The notes under the pieces were generated by a model. The model was not told where the DNA came from and made no database searches. It was given only the letters and a program-made list of their open reading frames with translations. Positions 18,526-27,584 of a stretch of DNA of 58,016 nucleotides are shown piece after piece. The translations under genes were made by a program, and so were the position numbers. Source of the stretch: a bacterium. GTDB lineage: Bacteria > Patescibacteriota > Microgenomatia > Daviesbacterales > UBA10151. The stretch's first letter is position 1; the number at the start of each line of letters is the position of its first letter. Location: positions 1 to 58,016 of the forward strand of contig JAUSJM010000034.1 in NCBI GenBank assembly GCA_030647265.1, in the 5' to 3' direction.

Positions 18526-18916
18526 TAACAAACTCAGCCAAAGCGTAGGTAGAAGGAAAGAGTCTGTGGCCAGAGTCAGGCTGATTGAAGGTAATGGACA
18601 GATTATAATAAACAGCAAGCCAGCTGCCGAGGTTTTTCCGGGGATTATCTGGCAGAAAACCTACCAAAGGCCTTTTGAACTGACTAAAACCATCGGTAAG
18701 TACACTGCTACAGTCAAGGTGACAGGTGGGGGGACCTCCTCTCAACTTGGAGCTATTACCCATGGGATTTCCAGGTCTCTGGCCCAAATCTCTCCTGAGT
18801 TCAGATCCCAATTAAAAAAATATGGCTTTTTAACCCGGGATGCCCGAGTCAAAGAGAGAAGAAAGTACGGTTTAGCCCACAAAGCCAGGGCTAAGAAGCA
18901 ATCTCCAAAACGTTAA
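18515..18916 (+). CDS. rpsI: 30S ribosomal protein uS9
   Basis: 133 aa with [10 protein letters not shown] and a C-terminal ...KKQSPKR. Confidence 0.96.
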   Translation: MANSNKLSQSVGRRKESVARVRLIEGNGQIIINSKPAAEVFPGIIWQKTYQRPFELTKTIGKYTATVKVTGGGTSSQLGAITHGISRSLAQISPEFRSQLKKYGFLTRDARVKERRKYGLAHKARAKKQSPKR

Positions 18917-18974
18917 GGTTTTCTCCCATCTTGACACAACTTTTTTACATGTATTACCCTAAATGTAGGAGGTG

Positions 18975-19013
18975 ATGGCTGTGGCTAAGAAAAAAGGTAA
19001 GAAGAAGAAATAA
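18975..19013 (+). other. 12-codon Lys-rich mini-ORF behind a strong Shine-Dalgarno
   Basis: taggaggtg precedes atg gct gtg gct aag aaa aaa ggt aag aag aag aaa taa (MAVAKKKGKKKK*). It could instead start at GTG 18981, 8 nt after AGGAGG. Confidence 0.3.
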
Positions 19014-19071
19014 AATTGTAAGCTGTATTAATGACAAAGTATAAACCCTGGAATATAATTCGAGGAGAAAC

Positions 19072-19269
19072 ATGAAACCGAAGAAGCTTTATAGGAGCCA
19101 GAAAGACAGGGTTATTACCGGGGTTTTTGGTGGACTGGGAGATTATTTTAATGTTGATGCCAATATTTTAAGATTGGCCTGGATTTTAATAACTGCTTTT
19201 ACCGGTTTTATCCCCGGGATTATAGCCTATATTTTAGCGGTTATTATTATTCCCCTGAGCGAGAAATAA
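19072..19269 (+). CDS. PspC-domain small membrane protein
   Basis: 65 aa with LYRSQKDRVITGVFGGLGDYFNVDANILRLAW followed by a TM helix. Confidence 0.75.
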   Translation: MKPKKLYRSQKDRVITGVFGGLGDYFNVDANILRLAWILITAFTGFIPGIIAYILAVIIIPLSEK

Positions 19270-19363
19270 ATCTTACCAATCCCTTACCCTACAATTCAGC
19301 CAACTTCCTCTGGTGGTGTTAAGCGCGCATAGCTGTCTCCGATATAAGGAGATTTTACCTCTA

Positions 19364-19444
19364 GTTGATGATTATATTGAAAAACCTTTTGAACTAGATG
19401 ATTTTATAGAAAGAGTTTGTCGGGTTATCAAAAGACCAAAATAA
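19364..19444 (+). pseudogene. remnant of a response-regulator receiver-domain C-terminus
   Basis: Hand translation: VDDYIEKPFELDDFIERVCRVIKRPK*, matching the (G)ADDYI.KPF receiver motif. There is no start codon, and an in-frame stop lies ~40 codons upstream. Confidence 0.5.
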
Positions 19445-19630
19445 ATTAAAAAGAAGTCTTATAATCTTTTTGGGTTTTCCCCTCAAACTTGATAGTAATG
19501 TAAGGACCGTTTTGAGAGGCCCTGATGATGAGTATCTCCTTGATAAAATGAGGCAAAAAAGAGTTTACCACCTTCAGTCAACAAGGTCCAGTTCATGGTG
19601 TAGAATCCTATGGTGTAAAACGTAGGTTTT

Positions 19631-19653
19631 TATCTAACCTCGGGGGTTAGATA
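19631..19653 (-). terminator. 9-bp hairpin 3 nt downstream of the GDE-like gene stop
   Basis: tatctaacc / ggttagata with a 5-nt loop. There is no clear U-tract on the minus strand, so function is uncertain. Confidence 0.35.
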
Positions 19654-19655
19654 TA

Positions 19656-20936
19656 CTAGATTGCCAGATCTAAGATTGAGGCAGCGGACCAGGCTTGGGT
19701 GTGGCAGCTGACCTGGCCGGAGGGAGAGCAATATTCGCTATATCCTGAATCAGTTTTATTGTAGAGCTCAATGGAACAGCCAAAATGACGGATGGGTAAA
19801 AGGGAAGCCTCTTTTAACTTTTTGGCTTCTTTCTTAAAGCCAAAGTTTTCTAAGCCTTCCACAACTAAACCGTTGAGCACGGGCCAAAAGCTGCCGTTAT
19901 GGTAAGAGTCGGGGTTAGGATTAAAGGTGGGAGAAAAGGAACTCATGGTACGGATTCCTGCTCCCTCAACAAATAAATCCGGCAAAAAACCCCGGGTGAC
20001 AAAATCTGCCAGGATTTTTTCCTCAATAATGGAAACGGTTTTTCCAAGGTCCCGGTCTGATGCCCAAAGGCATAGTAAGGGGTTAGCAGTAATAGTGGGA
20101 ATTTGTTGCTTTTGGCCGTCCAAAGCCTGGGCTGCAAAATAAAACCCTTGGTCTTGAAGAAGAAACTTCTTATTAAAGGTCTGCTTCATACCTTCCGCAA
20201 AGGAAGCCAGCTTTTGGGCAAACCGGGGTGATTGGTTTTGGTAAAATTTGGCCCACAAGGTTAAAGACATCCAAGCAAAGGCTTGTACCTCTACCGGAGC
20301 AATGGGATATTGAGGCAGTAGTCCTTGAGGGGTGAGGATAGATTGGTGAGAATCAGTCCAGGATTGGACACTTAACCCTCCAAATTGCCTGGTAGGGGGA
20401 AAATCATATTCCAATAAAAAGTCTTTATCCGGGTCGCCAAAGCTTATAATCCAGTTAAGACCTGCTTCTACCGAAGGTAAAACATTAATTAAAAACTCGT
20501 TGTCAGAAATTGCTTGCCAATATCTATAGAGAGCGATAAGGGATAAAGGGGTGGAGTCCAGGGAGTCGTAGTTTCTCATTGTCCCGTCAGGATAAATAAA
20601 CCACGGTTTTTGAAGGGGGTTTTGGGGGGCTGTTAAATGGGAATGGTTATCTTTTCGAAACTCGTGGATAAACTTCCCCGGTTGTTCCCCACTTTCCAGG
20701 TTAAATTCTTTCCCTTGGAGTAATATTAGGTTAAGCAGAGCTTTATGACAGGTCTCAAGGAGATATGGGAGAGGTTTGCGGGAATGGGCTCGGAGGATCT
20801 TTAAGATGGTAATAGCGCTATCTCTCCCAAAAACGCAACCAAAAGCCTCTTCCCGAGCAGAAGCATAAATGCCTTCCTCTGTAGAAAGATTAAGGATTGA
20901 TTGATAGGCTAACTGATACAGATCGTCAGTATTCAT
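19656..20936 (-). CDS. amylo-alpha-1,6-glucosidase / glycogen-debranching-enzyme C-terminal-domain (GDE_C-like) protein
   Basis: 426 aa with FGRDSAITIL and YHNGSFWPVLNG, typical of the (alpha/alpha)6 GDE_C family. Confidence 0.6.
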   Translation of the reverse strand: MNTDDLYQLAYQSILNLSTEEGIYASAREEAFGCVFGRDSAITILKILRAHSRKPLPYLLETCHKALLNLILLQGKEFNLESGEQPGKFIHEFRKDNHSHLTAPQNPLQKPWFIYPDGTMRNYDSLDSTPLSLIALYRYWQAISDNEFLINVLPSVEAGLNWIISFGDPDKDFLLEYDFPPTRQFGGLSVQSWTDSHQSILTPQGLLPQYPIAPVEVQAFAWMSLTLWAKFYQNQSPRFAQKLASFAEGMKQTFNKKFLLQDQGFYFAAQALDGQKQQIPTITANPLLCLWASDRDLGKTVSIIEEKILADFVTRGFLPDLFVEGAGIRTMSSFSPTFNPNPDSYHNGSFWPVLNGLVVEGLENFGFKKEAKKLKEASLLPIRHFGCSIELYNKTDSGYSEYCSPSGQVSCHTQAWSAASILDLAI

Positions 20937-21054
20937 GGGCAGAATCTAACCTTTTTAAAATGCCTACTTCGCTAGCGAAGCGAGTAAACAACCACGAAGT
21001 TTAGCAGAAAGAAAGGATATTACAAGGGGTAAAAAAGAGGTCGGTAAGATTATA

Positions 21055-22152
21055 TTAAGAGTGAGAGGAAGTATAAACTGAGGATGTAAGATGGGAAAGT
21101 CCATTATTGTGTGGAAGTTTGACCCGACGCATATGAAGAAGTTTTCTGTAAACCTCCTCATAGCCATCAGCCATTCTTTGAGCAGAAAAGTTTTTTAGGG
21201 CGTGCTGACGACAAACTTGACGATCTATTTGGTGAATTTTTTCCACTGCCTCAATTATTCCTTCCACATCATCAACCACAAAGCCGGTTTTCCCATCAGC
21301 TACAACTTCCGGGACAGAGCCTTTGTTTATCGCTACTACCGGACAACCGCAAGTCATAGCTTCTATCATAGTAAGACCAAAAGGCTCTTTCCAAGTAATG
21401 GGGTGAAGTAGACACAAAGCTTTACTCATTAGTTTGTTTCTTTCTTTCTCATTGACTTCTCCGACCCAGCGGATTTGTTCGGAAAGCTGAGGACCAACAT
21501 ATTCCTGAAAGTATTGCATATCAACGCTTTCCAGTTTGGCAGCCATAATTAAGGGTAAATTTAAATTTTGAGCCACTTCGATAGCCAAATGAGTTCCCTT
21601 TTCCATGGAAATCCTTCCCACAAACAAAAGATAGCCTTCATTCTCATCTGAAAAAGGATAATGATCCATCTTCAGACCGTTATAAACGTTACCGATGTAG
21701 TTAAGGTGAGGTGCGGACTCCGCTTGAGCGTGGGAGATGCTGACCAAAGGTACGTTTTTTAAGGCTTCAAAAATACGCCTATTCTCCGGGTTAAAGGCTC
21801 CATGAAGAGTCATCACTGTGGGAGTAGTAGCGATGTTAGTGGTAGGGAGGCTGAGGTGTCCTACATGATCATGAATAATATCAAATTCATCTTGCCTTGA
21901 ATAAGTCAGACCAATATTTAACATGGTAAAAACATTGGCTCCGTAGATATCTTTAAGCTTGGCTTCTCGTAAAGCTTTAGGATAGACTGAGACCAACTGA
22001 GCCGAGGTTTGAGAATCTCCGCTGGCAAAAAGGGTGACCTCATGCCCTCTTTTCACTAACTCCTCTGTTAAGTTCCAAACCACCCTTTCTGTACCCCCAT
22101 ACTTTTTAGGAGGGACGGACTCGATGATGGGAGCAAGTTGGGCGATTTTCAT
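21055..22152 (-). CDS. GT4-family glycosyltransferase
   Basis: 365 aa with an N-terminal YGGTERVV...GHEVTLF and a C-terminal EPFGLTMIEAMTCGCPVVA. Confidence 0.75.
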   Translation of the reverse strand: MKIAQLAPIIESVPPKKYGGTERVVWNLTEELVKRGHEVTLFASGDSQTSAQLVSVYPKALREAKLKDIYGANVFTMLNIGLTYSRQDEFDIIHDHVGHLSLPTTNIATTPTVMTLHGAFNPENRRIFEALKNVPLVSISHAQAESAPHLNYIGNVYNGLKMDHYPFSDENEGYLLFVGRISMEKGTHLAIEVAQNLNLPLIMAAKLESVDMQYFQEYVGPQLSEQIRWVGEVNEKERNKLMSKALCLLHPITWKEPFGLTMIEAMTCGCPVVAINKGSVPEVVADGKTGFVVDDVEGIIEAVEKIHQIDRQVCRQHALKNFSAQRMADGYEEVYRKLLHMRRVKLPHNNGLSHLTSSVYTSSHS

Positions 22153-22240
22153 CTTGTGTCTTCAAGGAGGAGACTTGAAAATGATAGCTTACAAAGTTGT
22201 GAGTTTGGCCAAAAAAAAGCAAGAAATAAGCAAGAGTTTT

Positions 22241-22843
22241 TTAAACCAGGCTCAGCTGTTCCGCTTTGGGTTGGGAAGCTTTGTCCAATATTTGGGGAAT
22301 GACTTTAAAATCTTCCTTTAGCTGGGTCATGATAGCTGAAGCTCTGAGGGCTGCTGCAGGATGGTACATGGGGATAACGGTAACCTCTTTCCCTTTCCAG
22401 TAAGCAGTTTTGATCTTCCCGTGGACTTGGGAGATTTTGACTCCCGGTAAAAATTTACCCATGGAAAATCTTCCCAGGGTCACAATAACTTTGGGGTTAA
22501 TGATAGTGATCTCTTTATCTACATAGGGGGCAAAAGCAGCGATCTCTTGTGGCTCGGGGTCGCGGTTTTCCGGAGGCCGGAAACGGACAACGTTGGAAAT
22601 ATAAACATCTTCCCTTATAAAGCCGATGCTTTGGATAAGTTCATCTAAAAGTTTTCCGGCTTGCCCTACAAAGGGCCTGCCTTTTTGGTCTTCCCAATAG
22701 CCCGGGGCTTCTCCCAGAAAATAGATGGGAGCATCAGAGTTGCCTTCCCCAAACACCAACTGGATAGCACCTTCTCTTAAGGGAAGGCTTTTATCCTCTT
22801 CCATTTGTTTTTTTAACTCTAGAAGCTGTGTCTTTTTATCCAT
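22241..22843 (-). CDS. uracil-DNA glycosylase family 4
   Basis: 200 aa with GEGNSDAPIYFLGEAPG and GRPFVGQAGKLL. Confidence 0.8.
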   Translation of the reverse strand: MDKKTQLLELKKQMEEDKSLPLREGAIQLVFGEGNSDAPIYFLGEAPGYWEDQKGRPFVGQAGKLLDELIQSIGFIREDVYISNVVRFRPPENRDPEPQEIAAFAPYVDKEITIINPKVIVTLGRFSMGKFLPGVKISQVHGKIKTAYWKGKEVTVIPMYHPAAALRASAIMTQLKEDFKVIPQILDKASQPKAEQLSLV

Positions 22844-22907
22844 GAAGTTATTCTAACATATGATTTAGATTACAGTTTCTCAAAGAGGGACTGGATATAA
22901 TAAGTTC

Positions 22908-23108
22908 ATGGCAGAATATGAAGAAAGGAGTGGGAGCTATGGAAAAAGGCCTCTCTGGCAGTGGATTTTAATTTATGTTGTCATAGCCATCATCGTTTAT
23001 GGTCTGATCTATTACTTCTTCTTGGGCAAAAGAGGTAGTTCTACTTCCGCTCCTCAAACTCCCACTACTCAATCTCCAAGTGGTGGTTCTGGTGGGTTGG
23101 GATACTAA
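22908..23108 (+). CDS. small single-pass membrane protein, function unknown
   Basis: 66 aa with one TM helix (WQWILIYVVIAIIVYGLIYYFFL) and an S/T/G/P-rich tail. Confidence 0.4.
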   Translation: MAEYEERSGSYGKRPLWQWILIYVVIAIIVYGLIYYFFLGKRGSSTSAPQTPTTQSPSGGSGGLGY

Positions 23109-23119
23109 TCCAGGGTGGT

Positions 23120-23680
23120 TTAAGAAAGTTTAAAGGCACCTTTTCTTAAGAGGATAACTTCATGGTTTTGGATTTTAATGAGGGTTGAGGGTTGGCCAGT
23201 TAACTTCTCTCCATCTAAGTAAAAATCAACACTATCACTAAAATAATTTTTAGCTTCCTCTAAAGTTCTGGCTGGAGGCTCTCCTTTTGGATTGGCTGAA
23301 GGAGCAACCAAAGGGCCTATTTGTTGTAAAAGCTCTAAAAGTTTTTGATCCTTAGGTAATCTAAAAGCCAAACTATTGGTGCCTCGATGAAGATAGGTAA
23401 ACTTTTCACCCGAGCAGGGGAGAATCACACTAACAGGATTGGGCCAGATCTTTTTAAGAAATTTTTGAGTTTTTTCATCAAGCTGGATTTTAAATAACTT
23501 TAAATCATCCAAGGAAGAGATGAGGATAATAAAAGATTTGTTTTCAGATCTGTCTTTAAGTTGATTGATTCTTTCTACAGTTTCTTTATTTAAAGCACTG
23601 CCTACTAATCCATAAAGAGTATCAGTGGGTATTACTCCCACCTTCCCACCTTTCAAAAGATGGATAATATCCTGCTTCAT
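23120..23680 (-). CDS. tsaC: L-threonylcarbamoyladenylate synthase (YrdC/TsaC/Sua5 domain)
   Basis: 186 aa with VIPTDTLYGLVG and SANPKGEPPA. Confidence 0.8.
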   Translation of the reverse strand: MKQDIIHLLKGGKVGVIPTDTLYGLVGSALNKETVERINQLKDRSENKSFIILISSLDDLKLFKIQLDEKTQKFLKKIWPNPVSVILPCSGEKFTYLHRGTNSLAFRLPKDQKLLELLQQIGPLVAPSANPKGEPPARTLEEAKNYFSDSVDFYLDGEKLTGQPSTLIKIQNHEVILLRKGAFKLS

Positions 23681-23955
23681 AAGATATTAAATTCAGTATA
23701 ATTCCTTACCTTAGCTGGGGAAGTATCTACTTTGCTGACTTGAGAAAGGGGTGGTCCTTTTTGACACCACCTGAGAAATTCTTCCAAAGCTTCAGGGTTT
23801 CCTTCTGCTTCAATATGAACAGAACCATTAGGTAAATTTTTGACTAAACCCTTAATGCTCAACTTATCAGCCTGATCTTTAGCTGAGCCTCTGAACCACA
23901 CTCCCTGAACCTGACCGGAAATAGTAATATTTAGGTGTTTAACCATCGAGGCCAC
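23677..23955 (-). CDS. acyP: acylphosphatase
   Basis: 92 aa with GQVQGVWFRGS and the ...GSVHIEAEG pattern. Confidence 0.8.
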   Translation of the reverse strand: MASMVKHLNITISGQVQGVWFRGSAKDQADKLSIKGLVKNLPNGSVHIEAEGNPEALEEFLRWCQKGPPLSQVSKVDTSPAKVRNYTEFNIL

Positions 23956-24827
23956 CCTATTTGTTTAAAAATTTTTCTAAAACGGAAGTGGTGCAGAAAC
24001 TCCTGGGAAAAAAGATAGAAAAAGCCAGCATAAAGGATTCCTGCTACTACATCAATGACATAGTGTTCTCCCAAATAAACAATGGAAAACCACACTGCTA
24101 AAACATAAGGCAGGAAAAATAGAGCTTTTCTTTTAAAGGTTTTCAGGGCAAAAAAGAAGATGAGGAGGGGGTAGGCAGCATGAAGCGAGGGAAGAGCAGC
24201 AATAGGGTTGGGATTAAGGTTTTGGTAAGCGGTAAGAATTTTAGAGCTGCTAAAAAGAACAGGTAGGGTAAAGTCCATAATTTTGCTCACTCCCACCAAA
24301 TATCCTTCTTTTACCGCTACCCAAGGTGGAGCAGTGGGAAAAAGGAGATAGGTAATCCAGGCGGCATAGGAAAGAAGAGACAGGGCTGTGACAAACTCCC
24401 GGAAAGAACGCTTGTTGTTTATCCACAGCAAAAATCCGAAGGCCAAAAAGAGAACAAAGTGCATAAAATAAACAAAGGTTGCCAGGAAATCATACCAGGA
24501 AAGGGATTCGGGGTGGTAAAGGTGTTGTTGTAAAAAGACAGTGGGGAGGGCGCCAAAAAGCAGCTGGTCTACACGGATTTGACTATAGCTGATCTGGGAA
24601 GTCAGATTAGGCACAAACCATCTTAAGAAATCGTAAGAGATGATGATAAAAAGAAAAGGGGCCCAGTCAAGGATAAAATTGCGGGTTTTTTTAACCAGCA
24701 ACCCTCCAAATAAAATGACAAAAAAGTACCGGCCGGGAGAGATAGCTACTCCCTGACCAACTAAAAGGAGGGTGGTCACAATCATGTAAATGATAAACAG
24801 GGAGAAGATAAAAAAACGGTGTTTCAA
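23931..24827 (-). CDS. PAP2-superfamily integral membrane protein
   Basis: 298-aa polytopic ORF with C-terminal PSLHAAY ... GEHYVIDVVAG motifs. Confidence 0.5.
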   Translation of the reverse strand: MKHRFFIFSLFIIYMIVTTLLLVGQGVAISPGRYFFVILFGGLLVKKTRNFILDWAPFLFIIISYDFLRWFVPNLTSQISYSQIRVDQLLFGALPTVFLQQHLYHPESLSWYDFLATFVYFMHFVLFLAFGFLLWINNKRSFREFVTALSLLSYAAWITYLLFPTAPPWVAVKEGYLVGVSKIMDFTLPVLFSSSKILTAYQNLNPNPIAALPSLHAAYPLLIFFFALKTFKRKALFFLPYVLAVWFSIVYLGEHYVIDVVAGILYAGFFYLFSQEFLHHFRFRKIFKQIGWPRWLNT

Positions 24828-24870
24828 GCTGAAAATATCTTACCAGTTTTTGGCCACACGTTCAACGAGG

Positions 24871-27480
24871 TTAGGCTAGCTTCAGGTGTCTTTGATGGTT
24901 ATTGATTTCTTTGAGCAGATCAAAGAAAGCTAAAAAGAGGAATGTTATTGCTAAGCTGGTAATCCAAGCTGTCAGATGAAGAGGTTGGGTTTTAAAGATC
25001 AGATTCAAAGGAGAATAGATGATCAAGAAAGTGGCGAGAATGGAGATAATGGAGGCATATGCAAGATAGCGATTAATAAAAGGAGAGCGGGTGAGAACTT
25101 GATATCTAAAAGAGCGGAAGTTGAAAGCGTTACCAATCTCCAATAAAATTAGAGTGAGTAGTGCCACGGTTTGGGCTGTTTCGTGAGAGTAGTGAAAAAT
25201 ATTAAAAACTAAAAAGTAACTGGCTAGAGTCAAAAAGGCCATAATTATTCCGGTGAAGATGGTAGTTCTAAGAAGTAATGGATCAAGAATAGCTGATTTT
25301 TTACGTGGTTTTTGTAACATAATGTCTTTTGATGGCTTATTGAAAGCGTGCGTAATAGCCGGTAAGTCGTCCGTGACCAGATTCATAAAAAGGATTTGTA
25401 ATGCCAAAAGTATCGGGACTTTCCAGCCTAAAAGAGGGGCAAGAATGACTCCTAAAAAGAGGATGGTAAGTTCAGCGAAGTTACAGGATAGTTGATAGCT
25501 TACAAATTTTCTGATGTTGTTAAAGACGGTTCGACCCTCCTTGATAGCTTCGACAATAGTGATAAAATTGTCATCTTTTAGAGTTAGGTCGGCTACAGAC
25601 CTTGCAACATCGGTGCCGTTTTTACCCATAGCTATCCCGATTTGGGCCTCCTTTAATGCTGGAGCATCGTTGACCCCATCTCCGGTCATAGTTACTACCT
25701 CTCCCATCTCTTTTAAAACTTTAACAATACGCAGTTTGTGTTCCGGCCTAACTCGGGCAAAGATTGTTACAGAAGAAATGACTTTGGCCATCTCCTCGTC
25801 GGTTATCTTATCCAGATCACTTCCTTCTAAGATTTCTCCTTCTAGACCAATTTCGGAAGCTATAGCTAACGCTGTTTCCCGATGGTCGCCGGTGATCATT
25901 TTAACTTTTATTCCTGCTTGGTAGGCAACCTTGATTGCTTCTGCTACCCCTTCGCGGGGCGGGTCATCAATGCCAACCAGACCCAAAAATGTCAGATTCT
26001 CTTCCGAGTAGTTTCGTTGAGAGGTAGTATTGGTATAAGACAGAGCGAGAGTACGGAAGGAATCTTTTGTCATCTGGCTGTTAACTTTAAGGATTTTTTC
26101 TTTTTCTTCCTGGCTTAAATTGCATTTTGCGAGTATTACTTCCGGGGCCCCTTTAGCAAAGATAAATTCTTCTTTACCTAAACTGCCTAAAACTGACATC
26201 ATCTTTCTCTCAGAGCTAAAAGGAGTTTCTTCTTGGCGGACAAAATCTAAATCTTCACGGAAAATTCCCGCCTTTGCTGCTAGAATCAGCAAAGAACTTT
26301 CAGTGGGAGTGCCAAGAGTGTGATACTCTTCATCTTCGCCGGTTCTTTCGATATAAGCATCGTTACATGAAACTGCTGCTCTAAAAAGCATTTGCAGCCC
26401 TTTTTCCTGAGAGACATCTATTTTTTGGCCGTTACTTGAAAAATCTCCTTTTGCCTCATATCCTGCTCCATCTACATCAAAGAGAGTGTTGTCAGAGAAA
26501 ATTTTTTTAACAGTCATCTCACCTCGAGTTAGTGTTCCGGTTTTATCGGTACAAATAATAGTTGTTTCACCCAAAGTCTCAATAATGGACATTCTGTTGA
26601 CGATAGCGTTTTTAGAAGCCATACGACTTACTCCAATAGCTAAGGTAGTGGTTAACACTACCGGTAAGCCTTCCGGAAAAGCAGAAACTGTCAGAGCAAT
26701 AACTAGGATCAGAATAGGAGTCAAAGTTTCCCAAGAGATAGCTGTGGTTTGAAAAAGCATCAATACTCCGGTAAGCAGGGAGATGGCAATGGCAGCGATT
26801 ACCATATAGCGGGCGATAGCATTTACCTTCCGTTGTAAAGGCAGCTCTTTTTCAGTTTTGGAGATGAGGTTGACGATCTGTCCAAAACGGGTGTTCATTC
26901 CGGTGTGTAGAATTTGGGCTTGGCACTTTCCTGCTACCACATAGGTGCCCATATATATGAAGTTATCTTCTTTTGCTTCTTCCAAGTTTTTTGAAGCAGT
27001 TTTTCTAATCTCTTTAGACTCTCCGGTTAGAATAGACTCGTTAATCCTTAGATTTTTTTCTTGTAAGATAAGACAGTCGGCGGGGATATGTTCTCCGGTT
27101 CGTAAAATAAGGATGTCTCCGGGAACAAGATCCCGAGAGGGAACCTCCTTCTCTTTGCTATCACGGATAACGATAGAGGTGGGAGTGATCATTTTCTTTA
27201 AAGCTTGGATTGCTTTTTCCGCCCGGTATTCTTGAATAAAGGTGATCCCGATAACCATTAAAATCACCAGAGAAATGGTGTAAGCGGTTAATGTTTCTCC
27301 CACTAAAAAGGAGATAAGGATAGCAAAAGAAAGAAGATAGAGGATATAATTACCCCGAAGCTGTTTTATTATCAACTTCAAAGGGTTGGCAGTATTAGTT
27401 TCTTTAATTTCGTTATACCCCCACTGTTTTAATCTAGTTTGAATGTCTTTTGAGGGTAAACCCAAAACCTTTGTTTCCAT
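24871..27480 (-). CDS. cation-transporting P-type ATPase (type II-like)
   Basis: 869 aa with TGES, PEGLP, CTDKTGTLT and TGDGVNDAPALK. Confidence 0.92.
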   Translation of the reverse strand: METKVLGLPSKDIQTRLKQWGYNEIKETNTANPLKLIIKQLRGNYILYLLSFAILISFLVGETLTAYTISLVILMVIGITFIQEYRAEKAIQALKKMITPTSIVIRDSKEKEVPSRDLVPGDILILRTGEHIPADCLILQEKNLRINESILTGESKEIRKTASKNLEEAKEDNFIYMGTYVVAGKCQAQILHTGMNTRFGQIVNLISKTEKELPLQRKVNAIARYMVIAAIAISLLTGVLMLFQTTAISWETLTPILILVIALTVSAFPEGLPVVLTTTLAIGVSRMASKNAIVNRMSIIETLGETTIICTDKTGTLTRGEMTVKKIFSDNTLFDVDGAGYEAKGDFSSNGQKIDVSQEKGLQMLFRAAVSCNDAYIERTGEDEEYHTLGTPTESSLLILAAKAGIFREDLDFVRQEETPFSSERKMMSVLGSLGKEEFIFAKGAPEVILAKCNLSQEEKEKILKVNSQMTKDSFRTLALSYTNTTSQRNYSEENLTFLGLVGIDDPPREGVAEAIKVAYQAGIKVKMITGDHRETALAIASEIGLEGEILEGSDLDKITDEEMAKVISSVTIFARVRPEHKLRIVKVLKEMGEVVTMTGDGVNDAPALKEAQIGIAMGKNGTDVARSVADLTLKDDNFITIVEAIKEGRTVFNNIRKFVSYQLSCNFAELTILFLGVILAPLLGWKVPILLALQILFMNLVTDDLPAITHAFNKPSKDIMLQKPRKKSAILDPLLLRTTIFTGIIMAFLTLASYFLVFNIFHYSHETAQTVALLTLILLEIGNAFNFRSFRYQVLTRSPFINRYLAYASIISILATFLIIYSPLNLIFKTQPLHLTAWITSLAITFLFLAFFDLLKEINNHQRHLKLA

Positions 27481-27584
27481 AATAGTTTTAAAGTTACCTT
27501 TAACTATAGCAGATCTAAGTTTCCTGAAGAAAAAACTTCATTCTCTAGATTTCGCCGGTAAGTTATTAATGTTAATATTAAATT

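Noticed and set aside
19470-19600. A minus-strand 37-codon ORF (MNWTLLTEGGKLFFASFYQGDTHHQGLSKRSLHYYQV*) in the spacer before the GDE-like gene.
   Set aside because: It is too short, has no SD and no recognisable family. It may be another gene fragment, but I cannot support a call.
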